Source: a virus (Duplodnaviria > Heunggongvirae > Uroviricota > Caudoviricetes). Taken from it: 64,000 bases of DNA. Shown in pieces: positions 9,707 through 18,383 of this stretch. Made by a program: the position numbers and the translations under genes. How positions within the stretch are numbered: position 1 is the stretch's first letter; every line of letters begins with the position of its first letter. The stretch lies in the IMG/VR virus record IMGVR_UViG_2706794668_000011; one strand, 5' to 3'. The notes under the pieces were generated by a model. The model did no database searches. It was not told the DNA's origin and was given only the letters and a program-made list of their open reading frames with translations.

Positions 9707-10810
9707 ATGTCACTCCTTTTGAATCGTGAGCATACGAACGGTCAGGTAACAAACGCATCGTATGCAAAAGTTATTGAGACGGTGCTTAAAAGCGGCGTGC
9801 AGACTGATGATCGCACAGGCACTGGTACTTTAAGCACCTGCTACGTTCCCTCTTACTACATGCTTACTGGTGGGACTGTGCCGCTTATTTCTGGAAAGGC
9901 GGTAAATCTTAAGCCACTGCTTGTCGAACTTGAGTGGTATCTGAAAGGCACGGGCAACATCCAATTTCTTAAGGATAACGGCGTTAAGATTTGGGATGCA
10001 TGGGCCGATGAGAATGGCGATTTGGGGCCGGTTTACGGTAAGCAGTGGCGTCGATGGGAAGATACCCGCATCGTGAGCCATAGTGAATATCTGAGCAAGA
10101 TCGCTACTTTCCGTGAACGCGGGTACAAAGTCGAGGGATACCTGGGTATCAGTGAAGATCGCGTAGTGCTGTCCCGTGAAATCGATCAGCTACAGCGTAT
10201 TGTCGACACACTGCGCACGAACCCTACCGATCGTCGCATCATGCTTAACGCATGGAACGTAGGCGAGCTTGAGGATATGAAACTGCCACCTTGCCACTTT
10301 GTCTTCTCTTTGTGGAGTCGTGAGCTTGATTTTGAAACCCGTTTAACGATGGCAACTGACATTGGTCTTCAACACAGTCGCTTCGGTTATGAGTCTATCT
10401 ACACCAAGATGCTATACGATCTGGAGATGGACGGCAGTGTTACTGAAACTGAACTGGATGAACTTGGAATCCCCAAACGCATCCTCAACTCCTGCCTCGT
10501 ACAGCGTAGCGTAGACACTTTTGTTGGTATGCCATTCAATATTGCTGGCTATGGCATTCTCACTCATTTTCTCGCGAAGATTACGGGTCACATGGCCGGT
10601 GCATTTGTGCATTTTGGCTTTGACGTGCATTTGTACAACAACCACATGGAAGGTGTGTGTGAGCTAATGAAACGACAGGCTCCAGAGCATTCAGATCCGG
10701 TCGTTATTTTCCCTCATGAATGGTCTGAGCTGGATGATTTCAAATGGGACGATATTCTGATTCTTGGCTATGACCCTCTACCGTGGATCAAGGTTCCAGT
10801 GGCGGTGTGA
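9707..10810 (+). CDS. thyA: thymidylate synthase with two internal insertions
   Basis: 367 aa; DRTGTGT, ADENGDLGPVYGKQWR, AWNVGEL and catalytic LPPCH motifs shared with E. coli ThyA; ~40-aa and ~50-aa insertions relative to it. Confidence 0.9.
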   Translation: MSLLLNREHTNGQVTNASYAKVIETVLKSGVQTDDRTGTGTLSTCYVPSYYMLTGGTVPLISGKAVNLKPLLVELEWYLKGTGNIQFLKDNGVKIWDAWADENGDLGPVYGKQWRRWEDTRIVSHSEYLSKIATFRERGYKVEGYLGISEDRVVLSREIDQLQRIVDTLRTNPTDRRIMLNAWNVGELEDMKLPPCHFVFSLWSRELDFETRLTMATDIGLQHSRFGYESIYTKMLYDLEMDGSVTETELDELGIPKRILNSCLVQRSVDTFVGMPFNIAGYGILTHFLAKITGHMAGAFVHFGFDVHLYNNHMEGVCELMKRQAPEHSDPVVIFPHEWSELDDFKWDDILILGYDPLPWIKVPVAV

Positions 10811-10811
10811 T

Positions 10812-11225
10812 ATGGCAAGAGGTATGTATGTCTTATGCGAAATTGAAGGTGTGCTGGCAAATACCAGCCATCGTAAATCTGTACCTGACACGGATGCAGG
10901 CCAGCTCATTGCCGGTGATGAACTCATTTTCCCCACCAGCCGTATGTTGCGTGGTTTTGCTCGCTCAGGGGCTGAAGTGGTGCTTATCAGTAGCCGCTCT
11001 GAAACTCTTGAAGCGCCCACTAAACGATGGCTGAAAGATTTTGGCGTTGATTACGACTGGCTTCATCTCGTACCGAATGGCACCAGTTATGAGAAGCATA
11101 TTAAGCGCACATTAGCGGAGCATAAAGGCGATCTGCTTATCGCTGCGCTGGTGCACGATCCTCGACTCCGTGCCGCTTTAGCTGACTCTCATCATAGACC
11201 GGTCATCTATGAGGTGAGCAAATGA
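10812..11225 (+). CDS. hypothetical protein
   Basis: ATG directly after thyA stop; 3' end overlaps DHFR start; function not recognised. Confidence 0.45.
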   Translation: MARGMYVLCEIEGVLANTSHRKSVPDTDAGQLIAGDELIFPTSRMLRGFARSGAEVVLISSRSETLEAPTKRWLKDFGVDYDWLHLVPNGTSYEKHIKRTLAEHKGDLLIAALVHDPRLRAALADSHHRPVIYEVSK

Positions 11226-11698
11226 AGATGATAGCTGCTGTTGGCCGTAACTATGAGATCGGCATAGCGAACGAACTGCCCTGGCGTTGTTCTACCGATC
11301 TGAAGCTATTTAAGAGACTCACCAAAAACGCCACTGTCGTTATGGGGCGTAAAACGATGGAAAGTCTCAAACGCCCTCTTCCAGAGCGTCATAACCTCGT
11401 TTTGACGCGCTCTCATGGCTTTGTACCAAATGGATTCTACCCTGCTGGTGTGGATGATGTGTTGCGATTACCAGAGCCTGTGTGGGTGATTGGCGGGGAA
11501 CAAATTTACTCGCTATTCATGCCGCATGTTGAAGAGATTTGGCTCTCCCACATCGGCGTTGATGTGCCAAACGCCGATGCATTCTTCCCGGCAAGCATGA
11601 TGCGTAATTTAGGCTTTGTGCCTGTTGAAACAGTTTTTACCCAACGAGCCAGCGAGGAAGAGCCTGGCTTTTCGCAGATCGTATACAGAAGGTCGTAA
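11222..11698 (+). CDS. folA: dihydrofolate reductase
   Basis: 158 aa; pattern AAVGRNYEIG...LPW...VMGRKT...RPLPER...VIGG matches the DHFR fold and E. coli FolA. Confidence 0.9.
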   Translation: MKMIAAVGRNYEIGIANELPWRCSTDLKLFKRLTKNATVVMGRKTMESLKRPLPERHNLVLTRSHGFVPNGFYPAGVDDVLRLPEPVWVIGGEQIYSLFMPHVEEIWLSHIGVDVPNADAFFPASMMRNLGFVPVETVFTQRASEEEPGFSQIVYRRS

Positions 11699-12342
11699 TG
11701 GATTACCGGATTGGGATCACTGGTGCTCAGGGCAGTGGGAAAACAACCCTGGCAAAATATATCGACAAACATTACGGAATCCCTTACGTGGATGCTGGTG
11801 TCGGAAGTTTGATGAGCCGACTCGGTGTTCGAGTAGGTGAGTCTATGCCTCTATATGAGCGGCTTCAGATTCAAATGGAAATCGCAAAGCATATAGAGCT
11901 ACTTACGCGTGGTGTTGAAGGCTTTGTTATCGATCGCACACCTGCTGATGTTATGGCCTACACGTTGGATTTGGTCGGCCATACCAATGAAGATCGATGT
12001 ATTGAGTTAGCCCTCGATATCGAAAAGTTTTGCCACAAAACTGCTATTTCAAACTTTAACGCCATTGCTGGCCTACGCCCGGGAGTCGCTCTCTCAGAGC
12101 GAGATTACTTGCGATCACAACGAGCATCATTAGACCGTCTGTATGTCGCTCGTATTGATGCGTTGATGTGCGGGGAACTGACAAAAATTCACCTGCATCC
12201 GCAAAGGGGGGATCTGCAAACCTTCGTCGTTTCCAACCGATATCGCACGGTTGAAGCAAGAGCCAGATCAGTGATGAGAATGCTAGATAACGCTGTAGAA
12301 AAGATAGAAAACCGGTTCTGTGGTCGAGTGACCGTTCATTAG
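11698..12342 (+). CDS. P-loop nucleotide kinase-like protein (possible dNMP kinase)
   Basis: 214 aa; N-terminal Walker A GAQGSGKTT; context within the dNTP-synthesis module. Confidence 0.55.
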   Translation: MDYRIGITGAQGSGKTTLAKYIDKHYGIPYVDAGVGSLMSRLGVRVGESMPLYERLQIQMEIAKHIELLTRGVEGFVIDRTPADVMAYTLDLVGHTNEDRCIELALDIEKFCHKTAISNFNAIAGLRPGVALSERDYLRSQRASLDRLYVARIDALMCGELTKIHLHPQRGDLQTFVVSNRYRTVEARARSVMRMLDNAVEKIENRFCGRVTVH

Positions 12343-12403
12343 AAATTGTTCGCCTCTTCGACATTGCGACAATAAAACTCTCAAAATGGGTTAAGGATAA
12401 AAA

Positions 12404-12823
12404 ATGTTTAGTGAAATGTTGCTTGAAGATGAACTGGATCGGAAAACAACAGAGGCTTTGATTCGTGTAGCGGACGAACATTCCCGGTCGCTTATGAGCG
12501 ATCGAGAGGCTCGTCTGGCTATTCGTGCCATATTCGAAACTGCGCAGGGGCTTGTTGGCGCACAAGTAGGTGAAGCCATTAACATCGCCATGTCTCAGTT
12601 CAGTGAAGACAGTAAAAAGCCTCTGTTTCCTATGCATTTGATGCTGGCTGGTGGCACGGTGCTTTATATCTCTGTTTGTCTGGATAGCAACCAAATCAAT
12701 ATTCTCAACACTGCGTCAGGTAAGTGGAAAGATCCGATTGTCTGTGAAACCAGTGAAGAAACTTTGAAAAAAGCGGCTCAATTTGTACGTAGCGCACTAC
12801 TTAAGGGCGCTAAGAAGTTGTAA
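12404..12823 (+). CDS. hypothetical protein
   Basis: 139-aa ORF with RBS aagga. Confidence 0.5.
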   Translation: MFSEMLLEDELDRKTTEALIRVADEHSRSLMSDREARLAIRAIFETAQGLVGAQVGEAINIAMSQFSEDSKKPLFPMHLMLAGGTVLYISVCLDSNQINILNTASGKWKDPIVCETSEETLKKAAQFVRSALLKGAKKL

Positions 12824-12832
12824 GGAGTTCTG

Positions 12833-13390
12833 ATGACAACGATTGTTGCAGGCATCGATATCGAGTCTACGGGACTGGATTTCCTTGCTGGTCATAAAAT
12901 TATTGAAATCGCAATTACCCGCTATGAACTGGAGACACAGAGACATATTGATAGTCTGGAGATGCGTTTTAACCCTCGCAGAAACATAGATCCGAAAGCT
13001 CAAGCCGTTCATGGCATTTCATTAGAACAGCTCGCAGCTGAACCTTTGTTGTCAAATCATGCTAGCGAAATTGGCGCTTATATGGAGGCATGTAGTGCGT
13101 GGGTTGCTCATAACGGCGAAGCGTTTGATATACCATTTATTAGACACGAGTTTTCAGGGTATGGAGTAAGACTGCCAGACGTTCCCGTTATAGATACTAT
13201 GTTATCGGGATTGTGGGCCACAGAAGACGGTAAACGTCCTCGCCTTGAAGAATTGGCCTTCTCTCTTGGCTTTATATACGATCATGCCAAAGCACATAGT
13301 GCCTTATATGACACAAACTTAATGATGCAATGCTTCTTTAAGGCACGTAATAAATACGGATTTTTTAAATTACCCTCTGAAATTGTGTAA
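12833..13390 (+). CDS. DnaQ-like 3'-5' exonuclease (DEDDh)
   Basis: 185 aa; Exo I motif GIDIESTG, Exo II HNGEAFDIPF, Exo III HSALYD; strong RBS aaggag. Confidence 0.75.
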   Translation: MTTIVAGIDIESTGLDFLAGHKIIEIAITRYELETQRHIDSLEMRFNPRRNIDPKAQAVHGISLEQLAAEPLLSNHASEIGAYMEACSAWVAHNGEAFDIPFIRHEFSGYGVRLPDVPVIDTMLSGLWATEDGKRPRLEELAFSLGFIYDHAKAHSALYDTNLMMQCFFKARNKYGFFKLPSEIV

Positions 13391-13396
13391 AACAAA

Positions 13397-13436
13397 AGCC
13401 TGCTTTAAAGAGAGTTTGAAGCAGGCTTTCTTTTAA
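13397..13436 (+). terminator. rho-independent terminator
   Basis: agcctgctt/aagcaggct stem followed by ttcttttaaa. Confidence 0.7.
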
Positions 13437-13550
13437 AGAACAGTCGCCTTTCAATCATTTCCTGCCTGTATTTAATACTTTTCCGCCTGATAGGTTTAGT
13501 CAAAATGTAGCCATCGAAACGCAAATGCAACTAAACAGAAGGAGACTTAC

Positions 13551-14360
13551 ATGAGTTCGGTTGAAAATGTAATGACAAATGATGATCTGGATGAGCTGAC
13601 AGCCATGTTGCAATCACTTGATGAACCAGTAAAAAAAGCTGCACAGGTTGAAAATACTGATGATATTGACGATCTGCTTCTCGGCCTCGATGCTGGCGTA
13701 GCCATGAGTTCTGATGATGTTGCCGAAGAACTGTTCAATGAAGAAAAAGCAGGTGATTTCAGCTCTGCTTTAAATGAGTTGGAGTTAGCGCATGAGCCTA
13801 TAAACGTAATTAACGCTGAAAGTGGTGAAGCTGCCGAAAATGAGCCAGAACAGTTGGGGATCATTGAGGTTGAAGATTGTGTTGAGGTTAATGATGAATT
13901 AAAAGTTCAACAGTCAAATGATAGCAATACAAATAAAAAAACTCGTGCTGCAAGAGGTCCTAGTTTTACTTTAAGTGATAAAGATGATTCGTTTTTCAAT
14001 AAAGCAGGCTTAGAAAAAGATATTTTCTTAGACGCTTACGAAAACGCGCCTGTCAAAGCGAAGGATAAGATATTAAACCTTCTTAATTGGTTTAGCGGAG
14101 GTCCAGATATTAGTGTTTACACGGTAATTTCCATGAGACACCTTCTTACAGAAAAGAAGGCTACAAGTAATAGTATTAAGATTGCTTTAATGAGCAATCC
14201 AGAAAAACCGTATCCGCTTAACACTGCGTCAACTCAGGCTGGGCAAATGATGGCTGTATTTCCAGCTACAGGAATTGCCGTTAGAGACGGTGGAAATCTA
14301 ACATTGAACGAAGAATCACCGATCGTTAAGAAGTTTGTCGCGGAGTACACTATTGGATGA
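13551..14360 (+). CDS. hypothetical strongly acidic protein (possible DNA-mimic or anti-restriction protein)
   Basis: 269 aa with RBS aaggag; about 28 percent Asp+Glu in the first ~130 residues and very few basic residues; immediately upstream of the Dam-like methylase. Confidence 0.5.
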   Translation: MSSVENVMTNDDLDELTAMLQSLDEPVKKAAQVENTDDIDDLLLGLDAGVAMSSDDVAEELFNEEKAGDFSSALNELELAHEPINVINAESGEAAENEPEQLGIIEVEDCVEVNDELKVQQSNDSNTNKKTRAARGPSFTLSDKDDSFFNKAGLEKDIFLDAYENAPVKAKDKILNLLNWFSGGPDISVYTVISMRHLLTEKKATSNSIKIALMSNPEKPYPLNTASTQAGQMMAVFPATGIAVRDGGNLTLNEESPIVKKFVAEYTIG

Positions 14361-14438
14361 CGTTCCCCTACTGAAAATAAAGCCCATAGAGAGCTTTATA
14401 GTGCTGGGTAAGATAACCCATACCCAGCACCAAAAAAA

Positions 14439-14483
14439 CGCGCCAGAGAGCTTCTTGTTCGCATTTCTGGCGCGTTTTATTTG
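14439..14483. terminator. bidirectional terminator-like hairpin
   Basis: cgcgccaga/tctggcgcg stem flanked by an A-run on one side and ttttatttg on the other; a second perfect 10-bp hairpin lies at 14401-14430. Confidence 0.6.
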
Positions 14484-14511
14484 ATTGCCATACATAAAAT
14501 CAAATGCAAAA

Positions 14512-14531
14512 ATAGGTATTTACTTACCTAT
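14512..14531. promoter_or_regulatory. motif B copy (ataggtatttacttacctat), near-perfect dyad
   Basis: taggta/taccta inverted repeat 12 nt upstream of dam ATG. Confidence 0.5.
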
Positions 14532-14542
14532 CGAGAAAGAAG

Positions 14543-15136
14543 ATGATTGCAGCCGAAAAAATCAAACAGCGAAAGCGCGACAACTCTCTTCGTGACCTCT
14601 GGAGAACACCTGATTGGCTGTTTTCTGCCATTCAACGTTATCTTGGAGTGACATTTGATGTTGACGTTGCCTGCAACAAGGACAACGCAAAGCTGCCTAA
14701 TTTCATAGGCATTGAGCGTGATGCTTTGAAATCTGAATGGGGACAGCCAGGTACAATTGCCTTCCTCAATCCACCCTACTCCAAAATCTCCCCCTGGATT
14801 GATGCTGCTATACGTGAGCAGGCTCGCGGAGTTACTACAGTGATGCTAATTCCTCAATCCCTCGATACAAAGTGGTATGAGCGTGCAACAGAGTATGCGA
14901 ATGAGACGATTATTCTGTCTGGTGGCCGCGTAGCGTTTGTCGAGCCTGACGTCAATTTGGGTCAGGTAGAAGTAAACATCAACCCCGGTGGCAGTATGCT
15001 CGTTGTTTTTCGAGGATTCTGTCAGGACGCTGGGCACTCTATAAGCAAGATCCCTTTGGACGTCATGAAAAGTCTGGGAGGGTATGATCCTGCGAATGTG
15101 ATCAGGAAAAAAAGACCATCAAAGAAGGCTGCTTAG
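14543..15136 (+). CDS. dam: phage-type DNA N6-adenine methyltransferase (Dam-like)
   Basis: 197 aa; WRTPDWLF, FDVDVAC and LNPPYS motifs characteristic of the small phage Dam family. Confidence 0.8.
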   Translation: MIAAEKIKQRKRDNSLRDLWRTPDWLFSAIQRYLGVTFDVDVACNKDNAKLPNFIGIERDALKSEWGQPGTIAFLNPPYSKISPWIDAAIREQARGVTTVMLIPQSLDTKWYERATEYANETIILSGGRVAFVEPDVNLGQVEVNINPGGSMLVVFRGFCQDAGHSISKIPLDVMKSLGGYDPANVIRKKRPSKKAA

Positions 15137-15167
15137 TTTGTTCTGGCGTCTGTAATTAGCCTGCTTC

Positions 15168-15228
15168 TGTATATATATAAATAACTACATATTAATTATT
15201 AATATACGGAAGCAGGCTGTTTTGTATC
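15168..15228. repeat. long palindromic element, copy 1 (17-bp GC-clamped arms around an AT-rich loop)
   Basis: agcctgcttctgtatat ... atatacggaagcaggct; a near-identical arm sequence occurs at 40904-40959. Confidence 0.7.
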
Positions 15229-15323
15229 AGAGACTCCAGACCTGAACATCACTACAGAATCCACTAGACCCCCTTCCCAGACGCTTTAAAATCGATTTTA
15301 TGAACCACTTTAAGGAAACCAAC

Positions 15324-15554
15324 ATGTCATACCCGACTAATGTCGTTGCGCTCGTAGACAGCGATTTTCTGGCCCAGGCTCGTGAAATGATGAAAGATCG
15401 TGAGCAGGCTTTCAACTTGTACGAGTGGGCAATTAAGTGCTTGCATCTTGGGGAGCATCGCGAACTTGTTGAACAGCTTTTAGGTGAGTTGATCAACGAG
15501 GTGTTTGCCTTGAATGTTCAACTACATGGTCGAGAAAATAATCAATCGAAATGA
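15324..15554 (+). CDS. hypothetical small protein
   Basis: 76 aa from internal ATG preceded by aagga. Confidence 0.4.
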   Translation: MSYPTNVVALVDSDFLAQAREMMKDREQAFNLYEWAIKCLHLGEHRELVEQLLGELINEVFALNVQLHGRENNQSK

Positions 15555-15574
15555 TAGATAAGTACAAACTATTC
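15553..15574. promoter_or_regulatory. motif B variant (gatagataagtacaaactattc)
   Basis: Overlaps the upstream stop codon. Confidence 0.35.
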
Positions 15575-16073
15575 ATAAGATGAATTGTAAGTGCTAAGAT
15601 CTGATAGTTTCCAGTCGTAGACTGGAGACTCGACCTGATGGGTGGGGGTAAGCGTCACTGGCGTCAGGTTTAAAAAAGCTCACTACCAGCGTAGAACCGG
15701 TGCCGTTTAGGTGTCGGGGAAGGGGGAACCAAAGTGAGCGGAGACAAGGGTCACTTTATGATTGTCGAGTCTGGGGTGTTTCGAGAGGTTGAATCCAGTA
15801 CTCCCCTTCATAAAGTGTGGGAAGATCTCGGTTCTGGGGTGCTGTCATCCATAACTTCCCAAGTCTAAGCTGGCAGTAGACTTAGACCATAGCTTTTCAG
15901 GTTATGAAACGACCAGGTTGGTGAGGAATTTTATACTCACCTCCCTGGGAGAGTATTACCTGAAAAGACAACCTCTCACTTCGTTCGAGGTGAACTTCAC
16001 TCACTTCGTTCGTTCAGTTCAGGTTTATAAAAACCTGTTCTGGGAAGTAATTTGTTTATTTTAATAATTATTA

Positions 16074-16098
16074 ACACGCACGCGTGTGCGCACGCGCG
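16074..16098. repeat. 25-nt perfectly alternating purine-pyrimidine tract (acacgcacgcgtgtgcgcacgcgcg)
   Basis: Read directly from the sequence; potential Z-DNA or hairpin former about 40 nt upstream of the rnhA start. Confidence 0.6.
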
Positions 16099-16135
16099 AG
16101 GAAAAATCGGCGCGGCGCTTGATTCAGGAGTTTAT

Positions 16136-16729
16136 ATGACAACGAAGACACCAGCCCGACCGCAAGCAAAAACTCGCAAAAAAGACAAAAACAAAAATTC
16201 TCCCCGCACCAATCCCACAACGCCTGTCGTAGAGTTCAATCCCCAGCTTAAAACCGTGAAAATCTTTAGTGATGGCTCTTGCCTTAAAAATCCGGGTGGC
16301 CCGGGCGGTTACGGTATCGTTCTCCAGTATCGTGGCGAGGAACGCGAGTTCTCAGATGGTTTTCATAGCACCACCAATAACCGCATGGAGATGATGGGGG
16401 CACTTATCGGGCTGGAGCGTTTGAAATATCCATGCAACGTTATTTTGCACTCTGATAGCCAGTATCTGAAAAACGGCATGACACAGTGGATGAAATGGTG
16501 GAAACGCAATGGATGGATGACTTCTGACAAAAAACCGGTAAAGAATGTTGATCTGTGGAAGCGTCTGGATGAGGCCGCAAGTCGACATAATGTTCGCTGG
16601 AAGTGGGTTAAAGGTCACGCCGGGCATCGTGAAAATGAAATATGTGATCGACTCGCGAAGATCGCAGCTTTTTCAGCAGCAGATATGCCTCACAAGAAAG
16701 ATATTGGTTTTGTTTATAACAAACAGTAA
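16136..16729 (+). CDS. rnhA: ribonuclease H (RNase HI type) with basic N-terminal extension
   Basis: Core [18 protein letters not shown]...TNNRME...HSDSQY...KNVDLW...KGHAGH matches E. coli RNase HI; RBS ggag before ATG at 16136. Confidence 0.85.
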   Translation: MTTKTPARPQAKTRKKDKNKNSPRTNPTTPVVEFNPQLKTVKIFSDGSCLKNPGGPGGYGIVLQYRGEEREFSDGFHSTTNNRMEMMGALIGLERLKYPCNVILHSDSQYLKNGMTQWMKWWKRNGWMTSDKKPVKNVDLWKRLDEAASRHNVRWKWVKGHAGHRENEICDRLAKIAAFSAADMPHKKDIGFVYNKQ

Positions 16730-16746
16730 GTAAGTGTTTACCTATC
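16724..16746. promoter_or_regulatory. motif B variant (cagtaagtaagtgtttacctatc)
   Basis: Contains the rnhA stop codon. Confidence 0.35.
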
Positions 16747-16874
16747 ATTATAAATCATGTATCTTATCGGCGTCAGGATGACAATGTGTCGGTAAGACAC
16801 AGTTCCAGGATGGAACGAGAAAGGCGGCTGGCGATTGCCAGCCGCAACTCTTTATGACACTGGATGGAGTCCAC

Positions 16875-17369
16875 ATGGCACGTCAAACCTATTTCACTTC
16901 TGTAACTAAACGTCCTCGTTCTTTACGTCAAATTTTGGCCGAATTATTTAGCGGTCGTGTTATGTCACGCCTTGATGAACTAGAGACTACCGTTCGGTTG
17001 CTGAATGAACGTTTAGATAATCAAGCGTCAGTTGTTGCGAACGTGTGGGCGATTGTTGCCTCTGGTTCTTCACGCGAAGCGAAAAATGCACGGCCTTTAG
17101 TGAAGGAGAAAAACAACAAGGACAGTTCGAATGGAAAATTTTCAAAGAAAGAGGCTGAAACCAATGGCCTACGTTCTCATTATAGTTTCACTGGCGACGG
17201 TAGCCGTTCCAGCCGGTCAGAGCCTTTTGATGCCGGATTCATCCATCACCACACCTCCGTCGACGACAATTACCACCACTCCAGTAGAGCGACCTGTCAC
17301 TCTGGATGGGATGACGGTGGATGCGATACCTCAAGTTCATCCAGTTACTCAGGATCATGCTGTGACTAA
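16875..17369 (+). CDS. hypothetical protein (low-complexity C-terminus); coding status uncertain
   Basis: ORF in track with internal ATG after ggag; overlaps a second ORF in another frame (17131-17382) that has a signal-peptide-like segment. Confidence 0.3.
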   Translation: MARQTYFTSVTKRPRSLRQILAELFSGRVMSRLDELETTVRLLNERLDNQASVVANVWAIVASGSSREAKNARPLVKEKNNKDSSNGKFSKKEAETNGLRSHYSFTGDGSRSSRSEPFDAGFIHHHTSVDDNYHHSSRATCHSGWDDGGCDTSSSSSYSGSCCD

Positions 17370-17378
17370 GGCGGTTGT

Positions 17379-17567
17379 ATGAACTGGTTTTCAAATCACT
17401 TTGGAAAAATTTGGCTGGCAATTCTTGCCCTCATGGCCGCCGGTTGGGTATCGAACATTATAAAACTTGTTTGCTCTGGCGATCTCCAGTTTCAGGCTGG
17501 CATGACCTTGGCTCGTGTAGTTGGGATTTTTATTTTTCCAGTCGGTTCGGTACTTGGTTATTTCTGA
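17379..17567 (+). CDS. small membrane protein (two predicted hydrophobic helices)
   Basis: 62-aa ORF; segments IWLAILALMAAGWV and VVGIFIFPVGSVLGYF. Confidence 0.35.
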   Translation: MNWFSNHFGKIWLAILALMAAGWVSNIIKLVCSGDLQFQAGMTLARVVGIFIFPVGSVLGYF

Positions 17568-17620
17568 CGGTTGTTAGTGCATATGCATTGACCGTCTTTG
17601 CGTAAGCAATTTATTTAACT

Positions 17621-17638
17621 AGAAAACAACTTGTTTTG
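17621..17638. promoter_or_regulatory. motif A copy (agaaaacaacttgttttg)
   Basis: Perfect AAAACAA-N-TTGTTTT dyad 23 nt upstream of ATG 17661. Confidence 0.6.
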
Positions 17639-17660
17639 ACCAATAACAAAAGGAAAACAC

Positions 17661-18086
17661 ATGTTAGGTTTCTTCAAAAAGAAAACTCGTAAAGCAGTTA
17701 TCGAAGTCAAAAAAATGGAGAACCGTGATGCGGTTGAAGCCACCGTGTGGGGTGGGTACATGATCTCCTATGCCAACGGTACATGCGATGCAAAAGAAAT
17801 TTCCATTCTTGAGAAAACAATTGCAGCTCTGCCTGCATTTTCTCCTTTTGCTGGTGAGATAGCCCAGATGAGCGCCAATATCCGCGCTCAATACGAAGCC
17901 TCACCGCGCCGTGCTAATGCCCAGGCTTTACGTGAGCTGGCGGATGTGGCCGGGACTGATGATGCAGTAGATGTACTTTGTCTGTGCCTTGATATTGCCG
18001 ACCAAGACGGCATTGATGAACCAGAAGAGCAGGCGCTGAAAAAGATCGCCCAGGCGCTTCAGTTGTCACTGGATGCTTATCTCTAA
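17661..18086 (+). CDS. hypothetical protein, possibly TerB-like
   Basis: 141 aa with RBS aaaagg; weak resemblance of helical repeats to TerB-type domains. Confidence 0.45.
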   Translation: MLGFFKKKTRKAVIEVKKMENRDAVEATVWGGYMISYANGTCDAKEISILEKTIAALPAFSPFAGEIAQMSANIRAQYEASPRRANAQALRELADVAGTDDAVDVLCLCLDIADQDGIDEPEEQALKKIAQALQLSLDAYL

Positions 18087-18244
18087 TGCTTGAGAGATTC
18101 CGGCTTGTGACCGTCATTGCTCTTCTGGTGATGGCGGTGTTGGTGGATTTTACGGGAAAGATGATGTCTGTCATTTCTGATGGCGTCCTCATTGGTCTGG
18201 CGATCTACTTCGCTTATCCGCTAGTCCGTAAAGCAACGTGTTAA
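18086..18244 (+). CDS. small hydrophobic protein (52 aa), translationally coupled to the upstream gene
   Basis: ATG overlaps upstream stop (taATG); two hydrophobic stretches; below the ORF-track length cutoff. Confidence 0.3.
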   Translation: MLERFRLVTVIALLVMAVLVDFTGKMMSVISDGVLIGLAIYFAYPLVRKATC

Positions 18245-18349
18245 TGACAAGGGTCAAATGGCCATTGTGTTTCGTTGACCGAAATAGAGAGTTTGCACCT
18301 TTACGTTTAGCTTGCTCCCCTTTTATGCCACATCACAATAAAGCCAATA

Positions 18350-18368
18350 AGAAAACAACTTGTTTAAG
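18350..18368. promoter_or_regulatory. motif A copy (agaaaacaacttgtttaag)
   Basis: 16 nt upstream of ATG 18384. Confidence 0.6.
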
Positions 18369-18383
18369 CATTAAGGAAAACAT

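Noticed and set aside
9707-10810. Group I intron in the thymidylate synthase gene (as in T4 td)
   Set aside because: The reading frame is continuous through both extra segments, so they are in-frame peptide insertions.
15555-16135. tRNA or tmRNA genes in the ORF-free region
   Set aside because: I could not find an acceptor stem and T-loop (GTTCGAATC-like) combination or a tmRNA-like terminus by eye. A covariance-model scan is still needed.
16854-17382. Embedded i-spanin/o-spanin (Rz/Rz1-like) pair
   Set aside because: The outer ORF has no N-terminal transmembrane segment, and the embedded ORF has a signal-like segment but no lipobox cysteine.
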